This document shows positions 11,224 to 24,700 of a DNA stretch of 64,000 nt, piece after piece. This DNA is from Eledone cirrhosa (Eukaryota): contig CAXHJY010000110.1 of the NCBI GenBank assembly GCA_964016885.1, positions 634-64,633 of the forward strand, in the 5' to 3' direction. How positions within the stretch are numbered: the first letter of the stretch is position 1; each line of letters opens with the position of its first letter. The notes under the pieces were generated by a model, which was given only the letters and a program-made list of their open reading frames with translations, ran no database searches and was not told where the DNA came from. A program made the position numbers and the translations under genes.

Positions 11224-14200
11224 ATGGATGGACTACGGAATTCTGGAGAGTTGAAGAGAGAAAAATGTGGACGCTCAGCGACAATGCCAAAGATAAAGCC
11301 AAATTCACCTCGTGGACGAGAATGCAAGCACTCCTCCTTGTTTCGGCCCAGGATGGCTAACATAACCCCATCCCCCCCCCCCCGCGCCCCACAGCTCCCA
11401 CCCTCCAAACGCAATCCAAAACTTCAGAGTTGGTACCATGAATGTAGGCACCTTAAAGGGTCGCTCTAACGAGGTTGTAGAAATGCTTGAACGTAAGGAG
11501 GTCGATGTTTGTTGTATTCAAGAGACCAGGTGGAGGGGAGGGTAGGCTAGATTCATCGTGGGTAAAGAACGATGCTATAAGCTTTTCTGGGTGGGAAATG
11601 ACAATGGGTTGGGTGGGGTAGGAATCATGGTAGCAGAAAAGTGGGCAGATAAGATAATAGACGTAAATAGAGTGAACGACAGAATAATTAAAATAAGACT
11701 TGTCCTCAATAAAACTACGGTGACAGTAATATCTGCGTACGCACCCCAATCCGGACTGCCCGGCGCTATAAAAGAGATTCTACGAGACACTGATGCTCGC
11801 TACCTCCCAAATAACCGACAGTGACTATATAGTTATTGCAGGCGACCTAAATAGTCACATTGGACAACATTGTGACGGCTATGACGGAATCCATGGAGGC
11901 TATGGGTTCGGTACTAGAAATGAGGAAGGCTCCAGAATCCTGGAATTCTGCGACGCAAATAACTTAACTATCTGTAACACTAACTTCAAAAAACGAGACA
12001 ATCACTTGATCACCTATAGATCGGGGGAACACACAAGCCAGGTAGATTATATCCTTACCAGAAGACGTGACAGAGTGTCTGTTGTTAACACTAAATCCCA
12101 CCCCCATGAAGAATTCACCTCCCAACATAGACTGATAATTAGCGACCTCATAGTCAGGACGAGACGTACTAGACAGCGGAAGAGGACTATCCTCAGGAGA
12201 AAAATATGGAAGCTAAAGGACCCCATAGCCAGAAATAAATTTCAAAGCATATTACTTGACACTTTCGACAGTAAGGAAGAGCAATTAGAGTCGTATAATA
12301 TAGAGGAACAGTGGGAATTCCTGAGAGCAAACCTGCTGACGGCGGCAGACGAAGTCTGTGGCTGGAGCAGGCCTGTAGGTAGGAGGAGAGTAACATGGTG
12401 GTGGAACAGTAAGGTGGAGGAGTCAATTAAGGCCAAAAAGCAGGCTTGGAAAGTATGGCGGGATGGGGGAAGTAGAGAAGACTATCAAGTGGCCAGGAGG
12501 GAAGCTAGGAGACAAGTGTACTTCGCAAGAAGGGAAGCAGAGGAAAGAAAGTTCAAGCATGTTCTACAACGTGAGGACCAAAAACGTGAGGTGTTCAGGA
12601 TTGCCAGGCAATGTGTCAAGGAAAACCGTGATATTGTCGGGGAGAAGTGTGTACTTAACGATGATGGCATACTTGCCATCACCGACGCTGATAAGAAGGT
12701 AGCTTGGAAGTGTCACTACGAAAGGCTTCTAAATGAGGAGAACAAATGGGAGAAAGACAGTCTCCCCCAGATCGATCCAATAGAGGGACCAGCAGTGTTA
12801 GTTGAAGGTAGTATAATAAGTAAGGCAATCAAAGATATGAAGACGGGTAAGGTGGCTGGGCCTTCGGAAATAGTTGCTGAGATGCTGAAGGCATCTGGTT
12901 CGGTGGGACACACCATGGTCACCCGGATAGTTAACCAAGTCGTACAGAATGGGGTTGTTCCGAAGGAATGGCGTAGCAGCATCATCGTTAACTGCTATAA
13001 GGGAAAAGGAGATGCCCTAGATAGGAGTAACTATAGAGGCATTAAATTAATCGACCAGGTCATGAAAGTCACGGAAAAAGTAATAGCGCAACTAATCAGA
13101 GAGAGAATTGATCTAGATGAAATGCAGTTCGGGTTTGTGTCAGGCAAAAGTACCACAGACGCTCTTTTCATTGTACGACAACTACAGGAGAAGTACCTAG
13201 CTAAAAGTAAACCCCTATACTTAGCTTTCGTCGACTTGGAGAAAGCCTTCGACAGAGTCCCCCGTTCCATTATCTGGTGGTCTCTTAGAAAACTAGGTGT
13301 TGACGAATGGCTTGTGAGAGCTATACAAGCCATGTATAAAGAAACAGTCAGTAAGGTTAGAATTAACAACGAATATAGTGAAGAGTTTAGCGTAAAAGTT
13401 GGTGTCCATCAGGGCTCTGTTCTTAGCCCCCTACTATTTATTATTGCCCTTCAGGCTATAACAGAGGAGTTCAAGACCGGCTGCCCATGGGAACTCCTAT
13501 ACGCAGATGATCTAACGCTCATAGCTGAATCAATGACCGAACTAGAGAAGAAATTCCAAACATGGAAGCAAGGCCTAGAATCAAAAGGCCTTAAAATTAA
13601 CCTGGCTAAGACTAAAGTTCTAGTTTGTAGGAAAGAAAATAAGGCGGCGGTCCCATCTGGGAAATGGCCATGCTCAGTGTGTAGGAAAGGCGTAGGTAGA
13701 AACTCCATTTTATGTCCCAAATGCAAAGTATGGGTGCATAAAAGATGTAGTGGGATCACAGGTAAGCTAACTAAGAACATAGATTTTACATGTGGCCGGT
13801 GCTCTGGTGCAATAAGTAGCAGCAAGTGCCCACAAAATACTAGCTCCTTCAACTGCGCAGAGGGTTCTATAGAAATAGTGGACAGCTTCCGTTATCTGGG
13901 TGACAAAATCAGCAGTGGGGGAGGGTGCTCTGAAAGTACAGTAGCTAGAGTCAGAACTGGATGGAAAAAGTTCAGAGAGCTTATACCACTATTAGCCGCT
14001 AGAGGGTTCTCCCTAAAAATGAAAGGCAGGTTATACGATGCCTGTATACGAACAGCAATGCTGCATGGCAGTGAGACCTGGGCATTGTGTGCAGAGGATA
14101 TACGCAGACTAGAGAGGAACGAAGCTTGCATGCTCCGCTGGATGTGCAATAGTAATATACGTGAACGGCAAAGCATAAACGAACTAAGGAAAAAATTAGA

Positions 14201-14456
14201 AATAAGAGGGATCAGATGTTGTTTACTCGAGAGAAGGCTACGTTGGTACGGTCACGTGATGCGCATGAAAGACGACAGCTGTATAACAAAGTGCAGGGCA
14301 ATAAAGATAGACGGTAGCCACGGGGTAGGCAGACCCAGAAAAACATGGGACGAGATGATAAATTCCGACCTCACACGCTTACACCTCTCCAAGACAATGT
14401 CACTGGACGGAGACCTTTGGCGGTACTCAGAAATAGAGAAGACCCGCCTTACCTAA
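11224..14456 (+). pseudogene. APE endonuclease-RT polyprotein of B2, with frameshifts in the 5' part and an 887-aa open portion (11793-14456)
   Basis: Motifs IAGDLN, SQVDYIL, TWWWN, YRGIKL, FVDLEKAFD, GVHQGSVLSP, LYADD, FRYLG. Frameshifts near 11380 (C-run), 11545 and 11775. Confidence 0.92.
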
Positions 14457-14626
14457 ATACAAAGTAAAAACCTACTACAGTCAGTAGGCATCTCTATCAA
14501 AACACACCCCCGTCCCACCACCTCCACCCCACCCACACCGCCCCTTTCAATGTAAAGTTATGTTGGTCCCACAACATCCAGGCCGAAACAAATGAGATTG
14601 TGTAGGTGTCACGACAAAAAACACAC

Positions 14627-14962
14627 AGTCCACGCTGTAAATGTGGCCGTGTAGGCAACACGGTAAAAACCTCCCAGCCCCACACTGTAAATGTGGTTGG
14701 TGTTAGGAAGGGCATCCAACTGTAGAAAACCCGCCAGACAGTCCACGCTGTAATGCGGCCGTGTAGGCAACACGGTAAAAACCTCCCAGCCCCACACTGT
14801 AAATGTGGTTGGTGTTAGGAAGGGCATCCAACTGTAGAAAACCCGCCAGACAGTCCACGCTGTAATGTGGCCGTGTAAGCAACACGGTAAAAACCTCCCA
14901 GCCCCACACTGTAAATGTGGTTGGTGTTAGGAAGGGCATCCAACTGTAGAAAACCCGCCAGA
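14627..14962 (+). repeat. Three tandem ~112-bp modules in the B2 3' UTR
   Basis: cagtccacgctgtaa..gttaggaagggcatccaactgtagaaaacccgccaga starts at ~14627, 14739 and 14851. Confidence 0.93.
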
Positions 14963-15073
14963 CAGTCCTATGCGAGCAAGACAACCACTCTTGCCTCAAG
15001 TGGGAAAACCCCCGTCCAAACCCATGCAAGCGTGGAACACGGACGCTAAACCTGATGATGATGATGATGATGA

Positions 15074-15082
15074 AATATATAA

Positions 15083-15139
<57 letters not shown>

Positions 15140-15438
15140 AATATATAAATATATATATAAATATATATTTATAATATATATATATAATATATATATATAT
15201 ATAATATATATAAATATAATATATATATATTTATAATATATATATAAATATATAAATATATATAATATATATAAATATATATAAATATAATATATATATA
15301 TTTATAATATATATATAAATATATAAATATATATAATATATATATATATAAATATATATATATATAATATGTATATATAATATGTATATATAATATGTAT
15401 ATATATAAATATATATATATATAAATATATATATATAT

Positions 15439-15474
<36 letters not shown>

Positions 15475-15500
15475 ATATATATATATATAAATATATATAT

Positions 15501-15557
<57 letters not shown>

Positions 15558-15605
15558 ATATATAATATATATTTATATATAATATATATATATATAAATA
15601 TATAT

Positions 15606-15643
<38 letters not shown>

Positions 15644-15658
15644 GATATATATATATAA

Positions 15659-15689
<31 letters not shown>

Positions 15690-15766
15690 AATATATATAT
15701 ATATAAATATATATATATAAATATATATATATATAAATATATATATATAAATATATATATATAAAT

Positions 15767-15799
<33 letters not shown>

Positions 15800-15841
15800 A
15801 ATATATATATATATAAATATATATATATATAAATATATATA
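15074..15841. repeat. (TA)n tract
   Basis: Seen directly. Confidence 0.95.
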
Positions 15842-16945
15842 TGCGCAGAGGGTTCTATAGAAATAGTGGACAGCTTCCGTTACCTGGGTGACAAAATCAG
15901 CAGTGGGGGAGGGTGCTCTGAAAGTACAGTAGCTAGAGTCAGAACTGGATGGAAAAAGTTCAGAGAGCTTATACCACTATTAGCCGCTAGAGGGTTCTCC
16001 CTAAAAATGAAAGGCAGGTTATACGATGCCTGCATACGAACAGCAATGCTGCATGGCAGTGAGACCTGGGCATTGTGTGCAGAGGATATACGCAGACTAG
16101 AGAGGAACGAAGCTTGCATGCTCCGCTGGATGTGCAATAGTAATATACGTGAACGGCAAAGCATAAACGAACTAAGGAAAAAATTAGAAATAAGAGGGAT
16201 CAGATGTTGTTTACTCGAGAGAAGGCTACGTTGCTACGGTCACGTGATGCGCATGATAGACGACAGCTGTATAACAAAGTGCAGGGCAATAAAGATAGAC
16301 GGTAGCCACGGGGTAGGCAGACCCAGAAAAACATGGGACGATATGATAAATTCCGACCTCACACGCTTACACCTCTCCAAGACAATGTCACTGGACCGAG
16401 ACCTTTGGCGGTACTCAGTAATAGAGAAGACCCGCCTTACCTAAATACAAAGTAAAAACCTACTACAGTCAGTAGGCATCTCTATCAAAACACACCCCCG
16501 TCCCACCACCTCCACCCCATCCACACCGCCCCTTCAATGTAAAGTTATGTTGGTCCCACAACATCCAGGCCGAAACAGATGAGATCGTGTAGGTGTCACG
16601 AAAATAAAACACACAGCCCACGCTGTAAATGTGGCCGTGTAGGCAACACGGTAAAAACCTACCAGCCCCACACTGTAAATGTGGTTGGTGTTAGGAAGGG
16701 CATCCAGCTGTAGAAAACCCGCCAGACAGTCCACGCTGTAATGTGGTCGTGTAGGCAACACGGTAAAAACCTCCCAGCCCCACACTGTAAATGTGGTTGG
16801 CGTTAGGAAGGGCATCCAACTGTAGAAAACCGCCAGACAGTCCTATGCGAGCAAGACAACCACTCTTGCCTCAAGTGGGAAAACCCCCGTCCAAACCCAT
16901 GCAAGCGTGGAACACGGACGCTAAGCCTGATGATGATGATGATGA

Positions 16946-16949
<4 letters not shown>
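15842..16949 (+). mobile_element. 5'-truncated family B LINE (copy B3) with two 3' UTR modules
   Basis: ORF 15866-16444 is nearly identical to the B2 C-terminus. (TGA)n tail. Confidence 0.95.
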
Positions 16950-17030
<81 letters not shown>

Positions 17031-17143
17031 AATATATATAAATATATATATAAATATATATATAAATATATATATATATATAAATATATATATAAATATA
17101 TATATATATATAAATATATATATAAATATATATATATATATAA

Positions 17144-17174
<31 letters not shown>

Positions 17175-17207
17175 AATATATATATCAATATATATATATA
17201 TATAAAT

Positions 17208-17262
<55 letters not shown>

Positions 17263-17272
17263 TATATATATG

Positions 17273-17346
<74 letters not shown>

Positions 17347-17360
17347 TATAATATATATAT

Positions 17361-17393
<33 letters not shown>

Positions 17394-17436
17394 ATATATA
17401 TATATATATTATATATATATATATATATAATATATA

Positions 17437-18672
17437 TTCAGGTTTGAGGTTCACCACTGTATAGAGCTGGTCTATTCCGTATGGTCAATCGTAATGCAAT
17501 AATATAGAGAGTACTCAACGTAAGGCAGTTCAACCGTCTTTGTTTTTGTAGTTGGTGGTGCTATTACGGAGTTAAATATTATAATGAAATGACAGGAGGC
17601 TGGATTTGCGTAAATCCTTGAAAGGTTTATTATACTATGATCATTTCAATGACCGGGTTCCTTTTCTACTTCTCTAAGCAAAATTTTATAGTTCCAACTT
17701 TCTGTCGGACTGTTGGGTGGGTTTTAATGGCGGCGTGACCAGCTCCCTTGTGCACGAGCTTACCTGGAGTGCTTTGAAAAATAAATTGCCCCTTCTTTCG
17801 GTAAATGAAAATACTCGGCTAGGCTTAATTCGCCATGGGGCCCGGGGCGCGGCCGGTGTTTTAACCGCCACATAGTACCTTTAAATTACAGAACAAATCG
17901 GAACTATTAGATATATCAACCTGAAAATGTTAAACTGTTGAACTTTAAATTTTCTAACCTCTCTAATATTGAATATTGATTATTAATTTTTTAACTTCAT
18001 CCTAGAAGTCTAAACATTGTAACACACTGACTCCCAATTTATTCACCTCTGCTAAGATGCGGGTCCCTGTGAAAATTTTCTCGCGCCACTCCTGGCCTGA
18101 ATGTGGTCTGACATTAATATCGACCTTTCTATCTTCCTTCTTGTAGCCATCAACCCTTACTTTTCTATTTCTCTCTCTCTTCCTTCTCTTCTCCCCTCTT
18201 CCTGTCTTCTTCCCGCAGACGTATCTTCCTTCCCCCTCTTGCTTGCCTATATCTGACCGGTAGTAGTTGCCTTTCTTCTTTTAGCTGACATTAACCCTGG
18301 CTTCTCTCCTTCTTTCTTCCCCCTTCTTCTCTCTCCTTCCTTTCTTTCCTTCTTTTACCTTGTGTCATGAGATTGACGCTAACTTATGTTCCCATCCCTT
18401 TCTGTTTTCGTTTATCTGACCGGTAGTAGCATACTATAAACTTTAGCCCCGTCACTCGAGGGCGACCGGCTGAGGTTGAAGGAACAGAATAGCGGTCGCC
18501 CTCCGGTCCTCGATTTTCAGCCCCATGGATTTTATCTATTACATTCACATATTATATTTCGAATACCTGATGATATCACCGGATTCATACGGAACCCGGT
18601 CATTGAAATGATCATAGTATAATAAACCTTTCAAGGATTTACACAAATCCAGCCTCCTGTCATTTCATTATA
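17437..18672 (+). mobile_element. Non-coding Penelope-type element with an inverted partial terminal repeat and a hammerhead ribozyme
   Basis: 17579-17661 is the reverse complement of 18591-18672. The left copy extends ~140 bp further. Hammerhead at 18563-18620. Flanked by (TA)n. Confidence 0.75.
18563..18620 (+). ncRNA. Minimal type I hammerhead ribozyme
   Basis: ATAC-CTGATGA-tatcaccgg..ccggtcatt-GAAA-TGATCA-TA-GTAT, with a palindromic stem III and an AUA triplet. Confidence 0.82.
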
Positions 18673-18690
18673 TAATATATATATATATAT

Positions 18691-18734
<44 letters not shown>

Positions 18735-18968
18735 TATATATAATATATATATTATATAATATATATATCATATATAATATATATATTATATATAATATAT
18801 ATATTATATATATTATATATAATATATATATTATATATAATATATATACTAAACTCCCGCTTCCTCGACCCCCACCCCCTATCCCCTCTACTTCGCGAGG
18901 GCATGGCGGTCAACCGCCCAATACACACACACATCATGCGGCCAACCCCCCCCCCCTCTCTCTCTTAG

Positions 18969-19002
<34 letters not shown>

Positions 19003-21792
19003 GATAGAAATTCACTTCGCCAAATTTCATCGCATTGCTGTCTACTCCACGATATTCATGTAACGTAATGTACATATTTTTCTTCATCTCTACCTCCACA
19101 CTCCATATTTCGTATCAAGTCCAAATAGCCAATCTATTGCTAAAACAATCTACATTTTTTGTATTCATTAATTGTTAGATACGAAAGTTTTTTGTCGTAT
19201 TGAACAGAACAAATTTTGTATTTTTGTTAATCGCTTGTTAAATGCAAGGACCCCATTCAATCATTACCTTCTATCTAGCTACCCAACACCCCTCCCTCCC
19301 GCCCCACGCACCACCATTGCTATTACGTGGACCAATCATAAGCCAGAGCCCCCACGCATCACCAGTATTATTATTACGCGGACCAATCATAAGCCAGAGG
19401 CCTATACTATCGCTTGCCTGGTTGCCTTTCGATATATGATGGATGGATGGACTGCGGGAATCCTGGAGAGTGGAGGAGAGAGAGAGAAAAATCTGGACGC
19501 TCAGCGACAATGCCAAAGATAAAGATAAAGACAAATTCACCTCGTGGACGAGAATGCGAGCACTCCTCATTGTTTCGACCGCGGACGGCTAACATAACCC
19601 CATCACCCACCGCCCCCTACCGCCCCCAACCCCCAAACGCAATCCAAAACTTCAGAGTTGGTACCATAAATGTAGGCACCCTAAAGGGTCACGCTAACGA
19701 GGTTGTAGAAATGCTTGAACGTAAGGAGGTCGATGTTTGTTGTATTCAACAGACCAGGTGGAGGGGTGGGTCTGCTAGATTCATTGAGGGTAAAAAACGA
19801 TGTTATAAGCTTTTCTGGGTGGGAAACGACGATGGGCTGGGTGGAATCATGGTAGCAGAAAAGTGGGCAGATAAGATAATAGACGTAAATAGAGTGAACG
19901 ACAGAATAATTAAAATACGACTTGTCCTCAATAGAACTACGGTGACAGTAATATCTGCGTACGCACCCCAATCCGGACTGCCCGGCACTATAAAAGACAG
20001 ATTCTATGAGACACTGATGCTAACTACCTCCCAAATATCCGACAGTGACTATATAATTATTGCAGGCGACCTAAATGGTCACGTTGGACAACATTGTGAC
20101 GGCTACGACGAAATCCATGGAGGCTATGGGTTTGGTACTAGAAATGAGGAAGGCTCCAGAATCCTGGAATTCTGTGATGCAAATAACCTAACTATCTGTA
20201 ACACTAACTTCAAAAAACGTGACAATCACCTGATCACCTATAGATCCGGGGAACACACAAGCCAGGTAGATTATATCCTTACCAGAAGACGTGACAGAGT
20301 GTCTGTTGTAAACACTAAATCCCTCCCCATGAAGAATGCACCTCCCAACATAGACTGATAATTAGCGACCTCATAGTCAGGACGAGACGTACTCGACAGC
20401 AGAAGAGGACTATCCTCAGGAGAAAAATATGGAAGCTAAAGGACCCCACAGCCAGGAATAAATTTCAAAGCATATTACTTGATGCTTTCGACAGTAAGGA
20501 AGAACTTTTAGAGTCAGACAATATAGAGGGAGAGTGGGAATTTCTGAAAGCAAACCTGCTGTTGGCGACAGACGAAGTCTGTGGCTGGAGCAGGCCTGTA
20601 GGCAGGAGGAGAGTAACATGGTGGTGGAACAGTAAGGTGGAGGGGTCAATTAAGGCCAAAAAGCAGGCTTGGAAAGTATGGCGGGATGGGGGAAGTAGAG
20701 AAGACTATCAAGTGGCCAGGAGGGAAGCTAGGAGACAAGTGTACTTAGCAAGAAGGGAAGCTGAGGAAAGAAAGTTCAAGCATGTTCTACAACGCGATGA
20801 CCAAAAACGTGAGGTGTTCAGGATTGCTAGGCAATGCGTCAAGGAAAACCGTGATATTGTCGGGAGAAGTGTGTACTAAACGACGATGGCACACTTGCCA
20901 TCACCGACGCTGATAAGAAGGTAGCTTGGAAGTGTCACTATGAAAGGCTACTAAATGAGGAGAATAAATGGGAGAAAGACAGTCTCCCCCATATCGACCC
21001 AATAGAGGGACCAGCAGTGTTAGTCGAGGGGAGTATGATAAGTAAGGCAATCAAGGATATGAAGACGGGTAAGGCGGCTGGCCTTCGGAAATAGTTGCTG
21101 AGATGCTGAAGGCATCTGGCACGGTGGGACACACCATGGTCACCCGCATAGTTAACCAAGTCGTACAGAATGGGGTTGTTCCGAAGGACTGGCATAGCAG
21201 CATCATCGTTAACTGTTATAAGGGTAAAGGAGATGCCCTAGATAGGAGTAACTATAGAGGCATTAAATTAATCGACCAGGTCATGAAGGTCACAGAAAAA
21301 GTAATAGCACAACTAATCAGAGAGAGAATTGACCTAGATGAAATGCAGTACGACAACTACAGGAGAAGTACCTAGCTAAAGGTAAACCCCTCTACTTAGC
21401 TTTTGTCGACTTGGAGAAAGCCTTCGACAGAGTCCCCCGTTCCATTATCTGGTGGGCTCTTAGAAAACTAGGCGTTGACGAATGGCTTGTGAGAGCTATA
21501 CAAGCCATGTATAAAGAAACAGTCAGCAAGGTTAGAATTAACAACGAATATAGTGAAGAGTTTAGCGTAAAAGTTGGCGTCCATCAGGGATCTGTTCTCA
21601 GCCCCCTACTATTTATTATTGCCCTTCAGGCTATAACGGAGGAGTTCAAGACCGGCTGCCCATGGGAACTCCTATACGCAGACGACCTGACACTCATAGC
21701 GGAATCAATGGCCGAGCTAGTGAAGAAATTCCAAACATGGAAGCACGGCCTAGAATCAAAAGGCCTTAAAATTAACCTGGCTAAGACTAAAG
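19003..21792 (+). mobile_element. Family B LINE (copy B4): 5' end present, 3' part lost, frameshifted
   Basis: APE ORF 19414-20358 and RT pieces up to ..KINLAKTK, with an internal deletion near 21348. It is fused directly to the inverted copy B5. Confidence 0.93.
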
Positions 21793-24700
21793 ATGCCTAC
21801 TGACTGTAGTAGGTTTTACTTTGTATTTAGGTAAAGCGGGTCTTCTCTATTACTGAGTACCGCCAAAGGTCTCGGTCCAGTGACATTGTCTTGGTGAGGG
21901 GTAAGTGTGTGAGGTCGGAATTTATCAGCTCGTCCCAGGTTTTTTCTGGGTCTGCCTATTCCGTGGCTACCGTCTATCTTTATTGCCCTGCACTTTGTTA
22001 TACAGCTATCGTCCTTCATGCGCATCACGTGACCATACCAACATAGCCTTCTCTCGAGTAAACAACATCTGATCCCTCTTATTTCTAATTTTTTCCTTAG
22101 TTCGTTTATGCTTTGTCGTTCACGTATATTACTATTACACATCCAGCGGAGCATGCAAGCTTCGTTTCTCTCTAGTCTGCGTATATCCTCTGCACACAAT
22201 GCCCAGGTCTCACTGCCATGCAACATTGTTGTTCGTATGCAAGCATTGTACAACCTTCCTTTCATTTTTAGGGAGAACCCTTTAGCGGCTAATAGTGGTA
22301 TAAGCTCTCTGAACTTTTTCCACCCAGTTCTGACTCTAGCTACTGTACTTTCAGAGCACCCTCCGCCACTGCTGATTTTGTCACCCAGGTAACAGAAGCT
22401 GTCCACTATTTCTATAGAACCCTCTGCGCAGTTGAAAGAGCTAGTATTTTGTGGGCACTTGCTGCTACTTATTGCCCCAGAACACCGGCCACATGTAAAA
22501 TCTATGTTCTTAGTTAGCTTACCTCTGATCCCACTACATCTTTTATGCACCCATACTTTGCATTTAGGACATAAAATGGAATTTCTACCTACGCCTTTCC
22601 TACACTCTGCGCATGGCCACTTCCCGGAGGGGACCGCCACCTTATTTTCTTTCTTACAAACTAGAACTTTAGTCTTAGCCAGGTTAATTTTAAGGCCTTT
22701 TGATTCTAGGCCGTGCTTCCATGTTTGGAATTTCTTCTCTCGCTCGGCCATTGATTCAGCTATGAGCGTTAGATCATCTGCGTATAGGAGTTCCCATGGG
22801 CAGCCGGTCTTGAACTCCACTGTTATAGCCTGGAGGGCAATAATAAATAGTAGGGGGCTAAGAACAGAGCCCTGATGAACACCAACTTTTACACTAAACT
22901 CTTCACTATATTCGTTGTTAATTCTAACCTTGCTGACTGTTTCTTTATACATGGCTTGTATAGCTCTCACAAGCCATTCGTCAACACCTAGTTTTCTAAG
23001 AGCCCACCAGATAATGGAACAGGGGACTCTGTCGAAGGCCTTCTCCAAGTCGACGAAAGCTAAGTATAGGGGTTTACTTTTAGCTAGGTACTTCTCCTGT
23101 AGTTGTCGTACAATGAAAAGAGCGTCTGTGGTACTTTTTCCTGACACAAACCCGAACTTCATTTCATCTAGATCAATTCGCTCTCTGATTAGTTGCGCTA
23201 TTACTTTTTCCGTGACCTTCATGACCTGGTCGATTAATTTAATGCCTCTATAGTTACTCCTATCTAGGGCATCTCCTTTACCCTTATAACAGTTAACGAT
23301 CATGCTGCTACGCCAGTCCTTCGGAACAACCCCATTCTGTATGACTTGGTTGACTATCCGGGTGACCATGGTGTGTCCCACCGTACCAGATGCCTTCAGC
23401 ATCTCAGCAACTATTTCCGAAGGCCCAGCTGCCTTGCCCGTCTTCATATCTTTGATTGCCTTACTTATTATACTACCTTCAACTAACACTGCTGGTCCCT
23501 CTATTGGATCGATCTGGGGGAGACTGTCTTTCTCCCATTTGTTCTCCTCATTTAGAAGCCTTTCGTAGTGACACTTCCAAGCTACCTTCTTATCAGCGTC
23601 GGTGATGGCAAGTATGCCGTCATCGTTAAATACACACTTCTCCCCGACAATATCACTGTTTCCTTGACACATTGCCTAGCAATCCTGAACACCTCACGTT
23701 TTTGGTCCTCACGTTGTAGAACATGCTTGAACTTTCTTTCCTCTGCTTCCCTTCTTGCGAAGTACACCTTGTCTCCTAGCTTCCCTCCTGGCCACTTGAT
23801 AGTCTTCTCTGCTTCCCCCATCCCGCCATACTTTCCAAGCCTGCTTTTTGGCCTTAATTGACCCCTCCACCTTACTGTTCCACCACCATGTTACTCTCCT
23901 CCTGCCTACAGGCCTGCTCCAGCCACAGACTTCGTCTGCCGCCCGTCAGCAGGTTTGCTTTCAGGAATTCCCACTGTTCCTCTACCTTGTACGACTCTAA
24001 TTGCTCTTCCTTACTGTCGAAAGCATCAAGTAATATGCTTTGGAATTTATTTTGGCTGTGGGGTCCTTTAGCTTCCATATTTTTCTCCTGGAGGATAGTC
24101 CTCTTCTGTTGTCTAGTATGTCTCGTCCTGACTATTAGGTCGCTAATTATCAGTCTATGTTGGGAGGTGCATTCTCATGGGGGAGGGATTTAGTGTTTAC
24201 AACAGTCACTTTGTCACGTCTTCTGGTAAGGATATAATCTACCTGGCTGTATGTTCCCCTGATCTGTAGGTGATCAAGTGATTGTCTCGTTTTTTGAAGT
24301 TAGTGTTGCAGATAGTTAGGTTATTTGCGTCGCAGAATTCCAGGATTCGGGAGCCTTCCTCATTTCTAGTACCAAACCCATAGCCTCTATGGATTTCGTC
24401 GTAGCCGTCACAATGTTGTCCAACGTGACCGTTTAGGTCGCCTGCAATAATTATATAGTCACTGTCGGTTATTTGGGAGGTAGTGAGCATCAGTGTCTCA
24501 TAGAATCTGTCTTTTATAGTGCTGGGCAGTCCGGATTGGGGTGCGTACGCGCATATTACTGTCACCGTAGTTCTATTGAGGACAAGTCTTATTTAATTAT
24601 TCTGTCGTTCACTCTATTTACGTCTATTATCAGATCTGCCCACTTTCTGCTACCATGATTCCTACTCACCCAGCCCATTGTCATTTCCCACCCAGAAAAG

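Larger units (their letters stand above)
10621..15073 (+). mobile_element. Near full-length RTE-type LINE, family B (copy B2)
   Basis: 5' UTR with a ~203-bp tandem duplication, then the APE start (FRVGTMNVGTL), RT with YADD, the internal PHD-like finger, a 3' UTR with three ~112-bp modules and a (TGA)n tail. Confidence 0.96.
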
